Shown here in pieces: positions 20,918 through 30,097 of a DNA stretch of 64,000 bases. Below the pieces are notes generated by a model. It saw nothing but the letters and a program-made list of their open reading frames with translations. It had not been told where the DNA came from and did not search any database. Source of the stretch: Patescibacteria group bacterium (GTDB lineage: Bacteria > Patescibacteriota > Patescibacteriia > UBA9934); assembly GCA_018062825.1 (NCBI GenBank), contig JAGORL010000001.1:247074-311073 (forward strand), read 5' to 3'. A program made the position numbers and the translations under genes. Positions within the stretch are counted from its first letter, which is position 1; every line of letters begins with the position of its first letter.

Positions 20918-21661
20918 ATGTCTGAAGAAACAAAAGGTGGAGGATTTTTTGATGGAAATCCAAAAACCATGTTCCTGTTCGGCTTTGTATCCGGCGTCGC
21001 CGTCGTGCTCATCCTGAACTCACTTCTTGGCGGCTTCAATGTAAACGCTGCCGGCGGTAATAATAAGAACAACACCGGAAAGGTTGTTGTGCCAACCCAA
21101 CAGGTTGTAAACACCGCAACGGGTCAGCCAGCAGGTGAACTAGCTGCAGTAACAGATGACGAACACATTCTTGGCGATTTGAGTAAGGCTAAGGTTGTCC
21201 TCGTTGAGTACTCAGACTTCGAGTGTCCTTTCTGTGCCAACCACCACCCAAGCATGCAGCAAGCAGTAGCGGAGTACGGTGATGACGTCGCCTGGGTATA
21301 TCGTCACTTCCCACTGTCATTCCACCCACAGGCGCAGCCAGCTGCTATCGCTAGTGAGTGTGCTGCAGATCAGGGAGAGTTCTGGGCCTACGCCGACGCT
21401 CTTATTGAAAACCAGGCTAGTCTTGGTCCAGCATACTACTCAGATCTAGCAGGTGAACTTGGTCTCAATGTAAACACCTTTAACAACTGTTTAGAGGACG
21501 CTGAGGTAGCTCAGCGCGTAACGGACGATATGAACTCCGGTCGCGCTGCTGGTGTAAGTGGCACCCCAGCAACGTTTGTGAACGGCACGCTTATCTCTGG
21601 CGCGGTCCCATACGCTTCCTTGAAGCAGGTGATCGATGCCGCGCTCGCAACCGCAGAATAA
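20918..21661 (+). CDS. membrane-anchored DsbA-family thiol:disulfide oxidoreductase
   Basis: N-terminal TM segment and a thioredoxin-fold CPFC active site. Confidence 0.8.
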   Translation: MSEETKGGGFFDGNPKTMFLFGFVSGVAVVLILNSLLGGFNVNAAGGNNKNNTGKVVVPTQQVVNTATGQPAGELAAVTDDEHILGDLSKAKVVLVEYSDFECPFCANHHPSMQQAVAEYGDDVAWVYRHFPLSFHPQAQPAAIASECAADQGEFWAYADALIENQASLGPAYYSDLAGELGLNVNTFNNCLEDAEVAQRVTDDMNSGRAAGVSGTPATFVNGTLISGAVPYASLKQVIDAALATAE

Positions 21662-21677
21662 TAAGGCAGAAACCAAT

Positions 21678-21730
21678 ACCCCGCGCCGTTTTCCCTGGAA
21701 TGGGTTGATGCAGCGCGGGGTTTGTGTTTC
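21678..21730 (+). terminator. rho-independent terminator after the dsbA-like gene
   Basis: ACCCCGCGC...GCGCGGGGT stem followed by TTTGTGTTTC. Confidence 0.65.
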
Positions 21731-21756
21731 TATACAGGCAAACAATTAGCTATCCT

Positions 21757-22434
21757 ATGGATCAAACAACACAACCAGCACCACAGGGACAGAAGAAAGG
21801 CCTTTCCACCTCAACCAAAGTAATCATTGGTGTCTTGGTTGCCATGGTACTTTTCGGCATGCTCGCCATTATTGGCGGCGCTATTGTGATAATGGTCGTG
21901 GCTAAGAATATCAAGGAAGCCAACATGGACAGCTACACGTACTCAGATTGGGAGTACACATCCTATGATGACGCCTCTACATCCTGGACCCCGTACACGG
22001 ACACCTTCGGTCGTTTCAGCGGTAGCTTCCCAGCCTACCCAACATATGAAACGGATAGCACGCCAATCACTGGCTCTGACGTTTTAGTATGGTACGACAT
22101 GTACTCCAGTGAAGATCTTGATGGCTACTACAGCATCACGGTCTCTGAGTATCCAGTAGAGATCGATCTTGGTGAGCCAGAAGCAAACTTGAACAATGCT
22201 CTTGATGGCTTGTTGGCTTCAACCGGTGCAAGTCTCGTTACCTCTGGGTTTGAAAGCGTGGAGGGAAACACGGCGCTTTATTACCTAGCCTCTACAAGCG
22301 ACGGCATTTACCTTGAGGGTAAGTCGATCGTGCAGGGCCAAGTGCTCTACCAGCTCATGGTAGCGTATGAAGATGAGGCCGCTTCCGCAGAAGGCCGTGA
22401 ACAGTTCTTCAGCTCCTTTGAACTCAATCAGTAG
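21757..22434 (+). CDS. hypothetical single-TM protein with a Y/T/S/D-rich extracytoplasmic domain
   Basis: TM segment VIIGVLVAMVLFGMLAIIGGAIVIMVV. ATG at 21757; ORF track starts at GTG 21724. Confidence 0.5.
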   Translation: MDQTTQPAPQGQKKGLSTSTKVIIGVLVAMVLFGMLAIIGGAIVIMVVAKNIKEANMDSYTYSDWEYTSYDDASTSWTPYTDTFGRFSGSFPAYPTYETDSTPITGSDVLVWYDMYSSEDLDGYYSITVSEYPVEIDLGEPEANLNNALDGLLASTGASLVTSGFESVEGNTALYYLASTSDGIYLEGKSIVQGQVLYQLMVAYEDEAASAEGREQFFSSFELNQ

Positions 22435-22447
22435 AATAGTCACTAGC

Positions 22448-22479
22448 AAAATAACCCCTCGTGGGGTTATTTTGTTTTT
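22448..22479 (+). terminator. rho-independent terminator (AAAATAACCCC tcgt GGGGTTATTTT)
   Basis: Perfect stem followed by a T-tract. Confidence 0.75.
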
Positions 22480-22537
22480 CGCGTACTTCGGGTACTGTAC
22501 CGCCGGCTACTGACAAACACCCGACCGTGAGGTTGCA

Positions 22538-23377
22538 ATGACGCCACAAGACCGACACTTCCGACAGCTCCTCGAGGAGCGCTGGTCGGCCGGCAAGTTC
22601 GTCTGCATTGGGCTCGATACGGATCCCGACAAGGTTCCTGAGGTCGTCGTCCGAGAGCCGGATGACCCGCACGCCTTCCTAGCCTTCAACAAGGCCATCA
22701 TCGAGGCAACTGGTGACATCGCTGGCGCCTTCAAGTTCAACAGTGCCTTCTACGAAGCGCACGGCGTCGCTGGCCTCATGGGGCTGCGTGACAGCATCAG
22801 GACGGCTCACCGCATCGCGCCCGGCGTACCGGTGATCCTCGACGCCAAGCGCGCCGACATCGACAATACGAACAGCGGCTACGTGCGCTTCGCCTTCGAC
22901 ATCATGCAGGCAGACGCCATCACGGTGAGTCCGTACCTCGGCCGCAAGGCGCTCAAGCCATTCCTCGAGTGCAAGAACAAGGGAATCTTCGTGCTGTGCC
23001 GTACGTCCAACGACGGCGCCGGCGAGTTCCAGGATCTCGAGTGCGGCGGCCTGCCGCTCTACGTGCACGTGGCTCGCAAGGTCGCCACGACCTGGAACGA
23101 GAACGGCAACTGCGGCGTGGTCGCTGGCGCAACGCGCCCGAGTGAACTCGCTACCGTTCGCTTCCAGGTCAACGATCTGCCGATCCTCATCCCTGGCATC
23201 GGGGCTCAGGGCGGGGACGTGGAAGCGACCGTCAAGGCCGGCAAGTGCTCGCGCGGCCGTGGCATGCTCGTGAACTCCTCACGTGGCATCATCTACGCTT
23301 CCTCGGGCAATGACTTCGCGAACGCTGCCCGCCTGGAAGCCCTGCGCCTGCACGAACTCATCACGAGCTTCCTGTAG
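22538..23377 (+). CDS. pyrF: orotidine 5'-phosphate decarboxylase (type 2), GC-rich islet
   Basis: DAKRADIDNT and GIGAQGGD motifs. About 65% GC with GC3 bias; GAGG ribosome-binding site. Confidence 0.85.
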   Translation: MTPQDRHFRQLLEERWSAGKFVCIGLDTDPDKVPEVVVREPDDPHAFLAFNKAIIEATGDIAGAFKFNSAFYEAHGVAGLMGLRDSIRTAHRIAPGVPVILDAKRADIDNTNSGYVRFAFDIMQADAITVSPYLGRKALKPFLECKNKGIFVLCRTSNDGAGEFQDLECGGLPLYVHVARKVATTWNENGNCGVVAGATRPSELATVRFQVNDLPILIPGIGAQGGDVEATVKAGKCSRGRGMLVNSSRGIIYASSGNDFANAARLEALRLHELITSFL

Positions 23378-23419
23378 CAGGCACCGCAACCGACCCCTAC
23401 GCGGGTCGGTTTTCTGTTT
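23357..23419 (+). repeat. direct repeat copy A (pyrF 3' end plus terminator hairpin AACCGACCC..GGGTCGGTT)
   Basis: About 88% identical to 24175..24236. The hairpin arms are conserved; differences are confined to the loop and a 2-nt indel. Confidence 0.7.
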
Positions 23420-23447
23420 AAAAATATCAGCAATTAGTAGAAAATTA

Positions 23448-23476
23448 TTGACAAAATGCCAATTTTATGCTAATAT
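23448..23476 (+). promoter_or_regulatory. near-consensus sigma70 promoter TTGACA-17-TAATAT
   Basis: AT-rich spacer. Drives the GC-rich membrane-protein gene, whose ATG at 23540 has GGAGAGG upstream. Confidence 0.6.
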
Positions 23477-23539
23477 ATTGTGTCTTTATTGACCTTTCGG
23501 CGCCATCAGCCGACTGAGAAACACAGAAGGAGAGGCGCC

Positions 23540-24166
23540 ATGATCGCGCTGATCGTCAAGGTGCTATTCTGGTCAGTCTTCGCCACCATCCTGGCCTGCC
23601 TGGAGATCGAGAGCGAAGGGAAGTACGGGTGGGCGCACAAGGCGCCGACCTGGTACCGCACCACCGGGTTCTTCGGGAAGCTGTACGGCATGATCATGGG
23701 CGGCAAGCCGCTCACCGGCTACCACCTGTTCATGTTCCTCTTCACCTTCATGATCTTCCACGTTCCGTTCTTCTCGGGCGTGGTGTGGTCGGCCGAGGGC
23801 GAGCTTCTCGCCTGCGCGATGTACTTCGCCTGGTGCACGCTGTGGGACTACATCTGGTTCGTGTTGAACCCCGCCTACGCTGGTCGATTCACGCGCAACA
23901 ACGTGTGGTGGCACTCCGGAAGCCCCTGGATCTTCGGACTGTTCCCGCTCGACTACCTGTCGGGCGTCACGCTCTCCTTGGGTCTCGCTGGAGCCGCCGC
24001 CTGGCACTCGGGAGAAGCTCAGCTCTTCGTCGATCACCTCGCGGTCCTCATCGGATTCGGGGCCTACGTCGCACTCATGCACTTGTGCGCGCCCGCCTAC
24101 CGCTACTGGTATGGCTACATGCGCCTGAGTGATGACCGCGACAAGGTCGACATCGTCTATCCCTGA
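23540..24166 (+). CDS. hypothetical integral membrane protein (about 208 aa, W/F/Y-rich TM helices), GC-rich
   Basis: ATG with GGAGAGG 5 nt upstream; ORF track starts at 23480. High GC3 bias. Confidence 0.55.
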   Translation: MIALIVKVLFWSVFATILACLEIESEGKYGWAHKAPTWYRTTGFFGKLYGMIMGGKPLTGYHLFMFLFTFMIFHVPFFSGVVWSAEGELLACAMYFAWCTLWDYIWFVLNPAYAGRFTRNNVWWHSGSPWIFGLFPLDYLSGVTLSLGLAGAAAWHSGEAQLFVDHLAVLIGFGAYVALMHLCAPAYRYWYGYMRLSDDRDKVDIVYP

Positions 24167-24174
24167 CAGGCAAG

Positions 24175-24236
24175 CTCATCACGAGCTTCCTGCAAGGCGC
24201 CGCAACCGACCCCCACGTGGGTCGGTTTTCTGTTTT
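24175..24236 (+). repeat. direct repeat copy B (non-coding copy of the pyrF 3' end plus terminator)
   Basis: See copy A. Followed by a T-tract, so it probably also terminates the membrane-protein gene. Confidence 0.7.
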
Positions 24237-24294
24237 GCAATTTTAAAAGAAGACCGAGCATCCAGGCGTGGATACTCGGGCGGGGGAGCGTTGG

Positions 24295-24732
24295 CTACCG
24301 CGGGCGCGGGTGCCTGTAGCTCGGTTGGTTGTCGGCTGCACGGGCGTACAGGGCAACAATCGGATGAATGCGCGGCTTGCAGCGCTCGCGCAGGGCCTTG
24401 AAGGCGGCTTCGGTGATGTCGACCTCCTCGAAGCTGAGGCTGAACTCGCGCATGTACCGCTCGATGTCGTCGAGCAGTTCGTGGGTAGTACGGCCGCTCT
24501 GGAAGTTCTCGATGTGCTCGAGGTGGCTACGTGCCTTGTGCAAGCGGTACTCGCGAGCACGTGAACGCAGAGTGTCGAGCGTAGTGTTGTAGTCTGCCGG
24601 AAGGCGTTTGCCTTCTACGCAGAGACGATACGTGTTGTAGAGGCTCTCGAGCGCGTTGTGGCGCAAGGCGATCTGGTAGGTCATCACCTCCTCTGCGGTG
24701 GGTTTCTCTGGCCGAACAGGACTGATGGGCAC
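24295..24732 (-). CDS. hypothetical alpha-helical protein (145 aa), GC-rich
   Basis: GTG start with GGAGG 6 nt upstream. Contains an Rx4H-like motif (RSHLEH). Function unknown. Confidence 0.45.
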   Translation of the reverse strand: MPISPVRPEKPTAEEVMTYQIALRHNALESLYNTYRLCVEGKRLPADYNTTLDTLRSRAREYRLHKARSHLEHIENFQSGRTTHELLDDIERYMREFSLSFEEVDITEAAFKALRERCKPRIHPIVALYARAADNQPSYRHPRPR

Positions 24733-24801
24733 GGGACACCTCCAAAGAGGCGCATAAAGGATAGCAGAAAAGGGAAAAAGCCGCTAAGATATTCACCGTA
24801 T

Positions 24802-24876
24802 CGGGCTATAGCGCAGCGGTAGCGCGCTTGCATGGGGTGCAAGAGGTCGTGGGTTCGATCCCCACTAGCCCGACCA
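24802..24876 (+). tRNA. tRNA-Pro (anticodon GGG)
   Basis: Cloverleaf read by hand: C1:G72, D-stem GCGC/GCGC, anticodon loop AUGGGGU with G37, T-loop TTCGATC and an encoded CCA. Confidence 0.8.
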
Positions 24877-24905
24877 GACAATGAGCACTTGCTATACTTG
24901 TTTAT

Positions 24906-25835
24906 ATGTTTCTCCTGTTTGCAAGTATTGCGAGTCTGATACTGCTCGTACTCGCCGCGCGCTTTGTTATTGCCGAGGTTGACGTTCTCTCTCGTGCGCT
25001 CCACTCGTCTCGATTCGGCCTCTCTTTTTTACTACTAGGTTTTTTAACATCACTCACGGAGATTGCTGTTGCTATTAATGCACAGGCAGATGGTCATCCA
25101 GAGATTTACGCTGGAAACTTAATTGGCGGAGCGTTTGTTATCCTGCTCCTCATTATTCCGTTTTTAGCAATTTTAAAACGCGGCCTACCACTGCAAAAGC
25201 ACCTTCCGCCCTCCACGCTTTTTCTATTTTGTGGATTGATGGGTTTGCCAGTACTTGTTGCGCTTGATGGCATGATTGGCGTTGCCGATAGTATCGCGCT
25301 GATTTTGGCGTATGCAGCATTCGTTTTTGCTACGCTCATGAAATCAGGGGCGTCATTTAATATCAGTGTCGTTTTCACTAAAAAAGTCGGCATCAGTTTT
25401 ATCAAAATCTGTTTGGCCAGTGTTGCTATCTTTGCGAGTTGTCACTACCTCGTGCTTGGAACAGAAGAATTGGCAGCGATCCTCGGTTTTCCAGCCTTCG
25501 TGGTCAGTATCATTCTTCTGGCTCTTGGTACAAACATCCCAGAGTTGTCACTAGCAATTGCCTCCATTGTAAAAAAGAAAGCCGATGTAGCCCTCGGGGA
25601 TTACGTTGGTTCCGCTTCATTGAATGCTCTGATCCTCGGAGGATTTTCCCTCATGAACGGTCCATACAGTTTAGGGATCACAAAATATCAAACAGTGCTT
25701 TACATCTTCCTGTTAAGCCTTCTCATCTTCCTGGTAGCCGCCTACACCAAAAAGCGTATTTCGCTCTATGAGGCCATGGCGCTCATCGCTTGCTACGGAG
25801 CAATTCTCGCCTTTCAAGCATTCATGCATTTCTAA
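24906..25835 (+). CDS. Ca2+/Na+ antiporter (CaCA family, YrbG-like)
   Basis: Two alpha-repeat signatures, LTSLTEIAV and GTNIPELSLAIASI; about 10 TM helices. Confidence 0.85.
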   Translation: MFLLFASIASLILLVLAARFVIAEVDVLSRALHSSRFGLSFLLLGFLTSLTEIAVAINAQADGHPEIYAGNLIGGAFVILLLIIPFLAILKRGLPLQKHLPPSTLFLFCGLMGLPVLVALDGMIGVADSIALILAYAAFVFATLMKSGASFNISVVFTKKVGISFIKICLASVAIFASCHYLVLGTEELAAILGFPAFVVSIILLALGTNIPELSLAIASIVKKKADVALGDYVGSASLNALILGGFSLMNGPYSLGITKYQTVLYIFLLSLLIFLVAAYTKKRISLYEAMALIACYGAILAFQAFMHF

Positions 25836-25836
25836 C

Positions 25837-25864
25837 AAAAAACCTGCCATATCGGCAGGTTTTT
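25837..25864. terminator. bidirectional terminator between convergent genes
   Basis: AAAAACCTGCC atatc GGCAGGTTTTT, a hairpin flanked by A- and T-tracts. Confidence 0.75.
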
Positions 25865-25867
25865 AAT

Positions 25868-27283
25868 TTATCGGGTAGATGTCGGGTAAAGCCAGACAGG
25901 ACTTGTATCACCAGCTGACCAGGTAGCAAAGTCGGTGAACTGCGTGTTCTCAAAAACATACACCGGACTTGGGTCACCATTCATGTTGAGCCATGAGACT
26001 TCAACGGTATACGTTCCAGGATTCATTGGGATGGTCACGCTTGTTTCCGGCGATGCTTGCGCGCTACCCCAAGGTGAATTGCGTGTTGCCGTGTCAGGAA
26101 TGGTTGATGTGAACTCGTCAACAACTCCTAAGACACGATAGCGAATATCGGTATAGCTATCGTAGATAACAAACGTAAGCATTGATTCATTCTCTGGTCC
26201 GGCGGGGTTAACAACAAGCACGATCGGATTATCAAGCATGGCGCTGACCGTAGAATCTGCAAACTGATTCTTGTATGTATTGATAAGCGTACGAACCCCG
26301 TCATACATGAAGGTATTAATGAAATACACCTCGAGGTTATCAGTTGGTGGCAGGGAAGTAAGAGCGGTAACGACCTCCTTCAGTTTTGCTTGATCTGAAG
26401 TAGTCCACTTTTGCTGTTCGCTTGCAGAGAGCTCGTTAGCGTAAACATACGTACCAACGACGCTATACTCATTCATGAGCCAGTACAAAAGAACAGATGA
26501 GTCGCCGTAAAGCGTGCGAACAGTGTCGTAATGCGCGCGGCGCTGCGCGGTGTCTTTCATGAGCGCGCCTTCCATAAGTGCCGCCACAACATTTGCCGGC
26601 TGATCATCCGCAAGCTCTCGATAGAGTGTAGCAAGCTCATTCTTGCTCATTTCGTACTTAGCGATCAGATTAAAATTTTGGTAGGCATCAATATACGGAT
26701 AACCGTACGCAAAGAACTCTCGGTACGCAGCAACTGCTTCATCATTCTTACCTTGTGACGCATAAAGAACGGCGTTGCCGTACCACTCCTCTGCAGTATC
26801 AGGGCGAGTGGTGATCGACCCTTGCTCGGCGGCCTGAAGATCGGCTTTGAGTTCACCAAGCTGCAAGAGAATCTGAGCGGTGTCGCCCTTAATGTCAGCG
26901 GTCGTGCGCTTAATCTCGTTAACATCCTCCTGCAAAATGCCGATCGATCGCTGCAAGTCCTCAACGCCTGGAACGGTAGCCGCTAAAACACCATTCTTCG
27001 GACCGGCAACATGCACCAGGGCAAAGATCGCCCAAATGATGGCAAACACCCCAAAGAACACTACGCGAGTTTTTGCGGCCTCTTGCTTGGTAACGACGTT
27101 ATCGCGTCTGAAGTAGAGATAAAAAATCGAGGTGATACCAACGCCAACGAGCGAGGCGATAAGAAGGTAAAGTGACAAATTCGCAAGCGGAGAGAGGACA
27201 TCGTTCACAAAGCCGCCAATACCACCAATTGTGCCGAAAAGCGGAAGATTTTGACGAATGTATTGCTTGATGGAGTCGATCAT
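25868..27283 (-). CDS. hypothetical protein with an N-terminal TM helix, a coiled-coil segment and an extracellular domain
   Basis: ORF track start 27412 would overlap the divergent MFS gene. The internal ATG (MIDSIKQ) at 27283 leaves a 104-bp divergent promoter region. Confidence 0.5.
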   Translation of the reverse strand: MIDSIKQYIRQNLPLFGTIGGIGGFVNDVLSPLANLSLYLLIASLVGVGITSIFYLYFRRDNVVTKQEAAKTRVVFFGVFAIIWAIFALVHVAGPKNGVLAATVPGVEDLQRSIGILQEDVNEIKRTTADIKGDTAQILLQLGELKADLQAAEQGSITTRPDTAEEWYGNAVLYASQGKNDEAVAAYREFFAYGYPYIDAYQNFNLIAKYEMSKNELATLYRELADDQPANVVAALMEGALMKDTAQRRAHYDTVRTLYGDSSVLLYWLMNEYSVVGTYVYANELSASEQQKWTTSDQAKLKEVVTALTSLPPTDNLEVYFINTFMYDGVRTLINTYKNQFADSTVSAMLDNPIVLVVNPAGPENESMLTFVIYDSYTDIRYRVLGVVDEFTSTIPDTATRNSPWGSAQASPETSVTIPMNPGTYTVEVSWLNMNGDPSPVYVFENTQFTDFATWSAGDTSPVWLYPTSTR

Positions 27284-27386
27284 AATGACTCGAATAATGC
27301 CACAAAAAGCGCCCGATGTCCACTTGCGTGCGGTATGATGGAAACATTGCTCATTAGCAAAATATAGGTATACTTGTGCCCTCTCT

Positions 27387-28703
27387 ATGACCATCGCCAA
27401 GCACCGCAGCATATTTTACGCCCTGCTCACCAATGCCCTTGTTGTTGTTGTCACAAACTCGTTCGTCTGGTTTGCGGTGACTTTCTGGGTGTATTTGGAG
27501 ACGCGATCAGTTATCGCTACGTCACTTATCGCCGGCATGTATACCGTAGCTAATGCGGTGTCAGCACTTTTTTTTGGCGCGCTCGTGGATCATAATAAAA
27601 AGAAGACGGCCATGGTCTTCTCGACCGTCATCTCGTTTATCGCTTATGCCGCCGGGCTCATTATTTTGCTCGCCGCCGGCTCTGATCGTTTTACAGACAT
27701 CACCTCGCCAGTTTTGTGGGTCTGGGTCGGGCTCCTCCTTTTTGGTTCGATCATCGGTAATATTCGCACCATCGCCTTATCAACAACGGTGCCAGTGCTT
27801 TTTGAAGAGAAGGATCGGGGTCAGGCCAACGGTCTCATTGGCACAACAAACGGCATTGCCTTTGCTATCACGTCAGTTGCTAGCGGTATTGTGATTGGTT
27901 TCTTTGGTATGGATATCGCGCTCATGGTGGCGGTGCTGTGTATGGCGCTTGCTATCGTGCACCTATCGTTTATCAAAATCCCAGAGCCAGAAATCGTTGT
28001 CGATCATGCTAAGCCTCGCCGCGTTGATCTGTGGGGAACGTTCAAAGTTGTTCGTGCCATACCGGGATTGCTAGCACTTATTTTCTTCACCACGTTTAAC
28101 AACTTTCTTGGGGGAGTATTCATGGCGCTCATGGATGCTTACGGGTTGTCTCTCGTGTCCGTGCAGGCTTGGGGTCTTATGTGGGGCGTGTTAAGCACGG
28201 CGTTTATTGCAGGTGGCTTACTGATTGCTAAATTTGGACTTGGCAAAAATCCACTACGAACCATGATCATGATTAACATGATCACCTGGAGTGTTTGTAT
28301 CTTCTTCACCATTCAAGAGTCGATCGTGCTTACAGCGATCGGTCTTTTTACCTGGATGATCTGCGTGCCGTTTATTGAGGCTTCTGAGCAAACAATTCTG
28401 CAAGGCGTTGTGCCACAAGAACGCCTAGGACGCGTGATTGGTTTTGCGCAAAGCGTTGAATCAACCGCATCACCGGTAACAACCTTGTTCATCGGGCCGC
28501 TAACGCAGTGGTTCTTCATCCCATTCATGACAACCGGTGCTGGCGTTACCCTCATTGGTGGTTGGTTTGGAGTGGGGGATGCTCGTGGTATTGCGCTCGT
28601 GTTCACCGTTGCCGGCATTCTTGGACTCACCGTAACTCTCGCTGCACGCTTTTCGGCTTCGTACCGCCGTTTGTCACATACGATTGCTACCACAATGAAG
28701 TAA
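27387..28703 (+). CDS. MFS transporter
   Basis: 12-TM topology with MFS-like loops. Confidence 0.85.
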   Translation: MTIAKHRSIFYALLTNALVVVVTNSFVWFAVTFWVYLETRSVIATSLIAGMYTVANAVSALFFGALVDHNKKKTAMVFSTVISFIAYAAGLIILLAAGSDRFTDITSPVLWVWVGLLLFGSIIGNIRTIALSTTVPVLFEEKDRGQANGLIGTTNGIAFAITSVASGIVIGFFGMDIALMVAVLCMALAIVHLSFIKIPEPEIVVDHAKPRRVDLWGTFKVVRAIPGLLALIFFTTFNNFLGGVFMALMDAYGLSLVSVQAWGLMWGVLSTAFIAGGLLIAKFGLGKNPLRTMIMINMITWSVCIFFTIQESIVLTAIGLFTWMICVPFIEASEQTILQGVVPQERLGRVIGFAQSVESTASPVTTLFIGPLTQWFFIPFMTTGAGVTLIGGWFGVGDARGIALVFTVAGILGLTVTLAARFSASYRRLSHTIATTMK

Positions 28704-28708
28704 AAAAA

Positions 28709-28744
28709 GACCCGAACGGTTCGCAGGTGTGCGTCGTTCGGGTC
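28709..28744. terminator. hairpin GACCCGAACG...CGTTCGGGTC with a 16-nt loop
   Basis: Preceded by an A7 tract, which gives a U-tract for the minus-strand gene ending at 28743. May also act on the + strand MFS transcript. Confidence 0.5.
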
Positions 28745-29330
28745 AGCGCGTCGGCAGTTCGCTAATGCGCTGCAGGAGTTCCAAGAGATCGTCAGGCCGC
28801 TCGTAGGCATCCGGCATCGCGATCTCGATTGCGATCGGGTCATGCACGAGCGACTGGTGGCTGATCAGCCAGCTCGGCGGATCATGAGAGTCCGTGCGAG
28901 TCGGTGTGATGATCTTCGTGATGCGTTCGGGGCGATCGAATCGTCCACGCTTCTTCGCCGTTGCGATCTGCGAGGCGATCGAATCATCCACACTGTGGGC
29001 CGGCAGTACCCCGCGGATGAAGTCCGCATTCGGCAGGAGTCGGCGCACATAGAAGCGCAGGCACGTAAGCGGATAGCCGCGTGCCAGCACGGCTGCGCAC
29101 ACCGGATCAAGTTCCGGCGTGTGCTGACCAAGTTCCGGAGCGCTGACTACCAGCTTGCGCATGCTCGCCGTACTGTGACGAATCTGCACCGTGCCACGGA
29201 ACTGGCTGATGTAGTCAGGTACGCCCGCGGTCGTGGTGCGCAGGAGGTAGCGACAGCGGTTTACGATCGCCACCATCATGAAGCTCTGACCATCGGCGTG
29301 TTCGCAGATGATCTCGATCGCAATATCCAT
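28743..29330 (-). CDS. hypothetical protein, GC-rich, with possible 2H-phosphoesterase-like H-x-[ST]-x motifs (RHSTA, SHQSL)
   Basis: ATG with GGAGG 4 nt upstream; about 60% GC. The motif assignment is tentative. Confidence 0.45.
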   Translation of the reverse strand: MDIAIEIICEHADGQSFMMVAIVNRCRYLLRTTTAGVPDYISQFRGTVQIRHSTASMRKLVVSAPELGQHTPELDPVCAAVLARGYPLTCLRFYVRRLLPNADFIRGVLPAHSVDDSIASQIATAKKRGRFDRPERITKIITPTRTDSHDPPSWLISHQSLVHDPIAIEIAMPDAYERPDDLLELLQRISELPTR

Positions 29331-29500
29331 GAGGCCTCCAAGAAGAAGGGACGCAAGCGGACTCTAGCAAGAGAAGCGCAGGATGAAAAGAGTGCTCCCT
29401 TGCAAGAGGTACCAAGAAGTCTGTATAAAAAGGCGGATTCTATAGGGATCTTGCCGTTCTTAAGTGGACGAGCTAGCATGCCAAGGCCTAGGGGGAGTAC

Positions 29501-30097
29501 ATGCCAAAGAAGCTGCTCATCACCGGTGGACCGGGGGGTGGAAAGTCAACCATCATTCGTAGCCTCAAGGAGGAGTTCGAGGGACGTATTGTGTGCGTCC
29601 AGGAGGCAGCAACGCTGCTGCTCGCTACCGGCTTCCCGCCGCCTGGCGAGTCACCGCACCCGGATGATCTTGTTGCCTTTCAGCGCAAGATCTTCACGAC
29701 CATCATGGACCTCGAGTATCACGCCATGAGCTACGCGACACGTGAAGGCATTCCGCTCGTCGTGTGCGACCGCGGTCTCCTCGACGGGGAGGCCTACATG
29801 AACAGCCGTGAGGAGTTCATGCGCACGGTCGGCATCACGGATCGCGCGATGTTCCTGAATGGCTACGACGAAGTGCTCTACGTGGAATCGCCGGCGCCTT
29901 CTGCAGACTTCGTCTGGTCGCGCACGGCGGGCAACGAACACCGCATGGAGCACGATCGCTCCATCGCAGCCAAGATCGAAGGTCGGACTTGGGAAGCATG
30001 GCGCGATCACCCCAAGATCCGCCACATTCCTCACACCTGGGGGTTTCAAGGAAAGGGCGTCATCGTTCGTGCCCGCGTCCTCGAGCTCCTGGAGTAA
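29501..30097 (+). CDS. P-loop NTPase of AAA_28 / NadR-kinase-like type, GC-rich
   Basis: ITGGPGGGKST Walker A, EAAT, and VVCDRGLLDGEAY are typical of AAA_28 kinases. GGGGGAG ribosome-binding site. Confidence 0.55.
   Translation: MPKKLLITGGPGGGKSTIIRSLKEEFEGRIVCVQEAATLLLATGFPPPGESPHPDDLVAFQRKIFTTIMDLEYHAMSYATREGIPLVVCDRGLLDGEAYMNSREEFMRTVGITDRAMFLNGYDEVLYVESPAPSADFVWSRTAGNEHRMEHDRSIAAKIEGRTWEAWRDHPKIRHIPHTWGFQGKGVIVRARVLELLE

Noticed and set aside
23573-24132. Long ORFs on both strands inside the GC-rich membrane-protein gene (23573..24082 minus, 23629..24132 plus); similar ORFs at 63031..63923 inside the RCC1-like gene
   Set aside because: These are typical spurious open frames produced by high GC content. 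Their Arg/Pro/Ala-rich low-complexity translations are unlike the annotated frames, which have ribosome-binding sites and coherent protein features.
28743-29330. Calling the 195-aa GC-rich protein a 2'-5' RNA ligase (LigT) outright
   Set aside because: Only two loose H-x-[ST]-x matches are present and the fourth-position residues are atypical. It is kept as a hypothesis in the findings rather than as an annotation.
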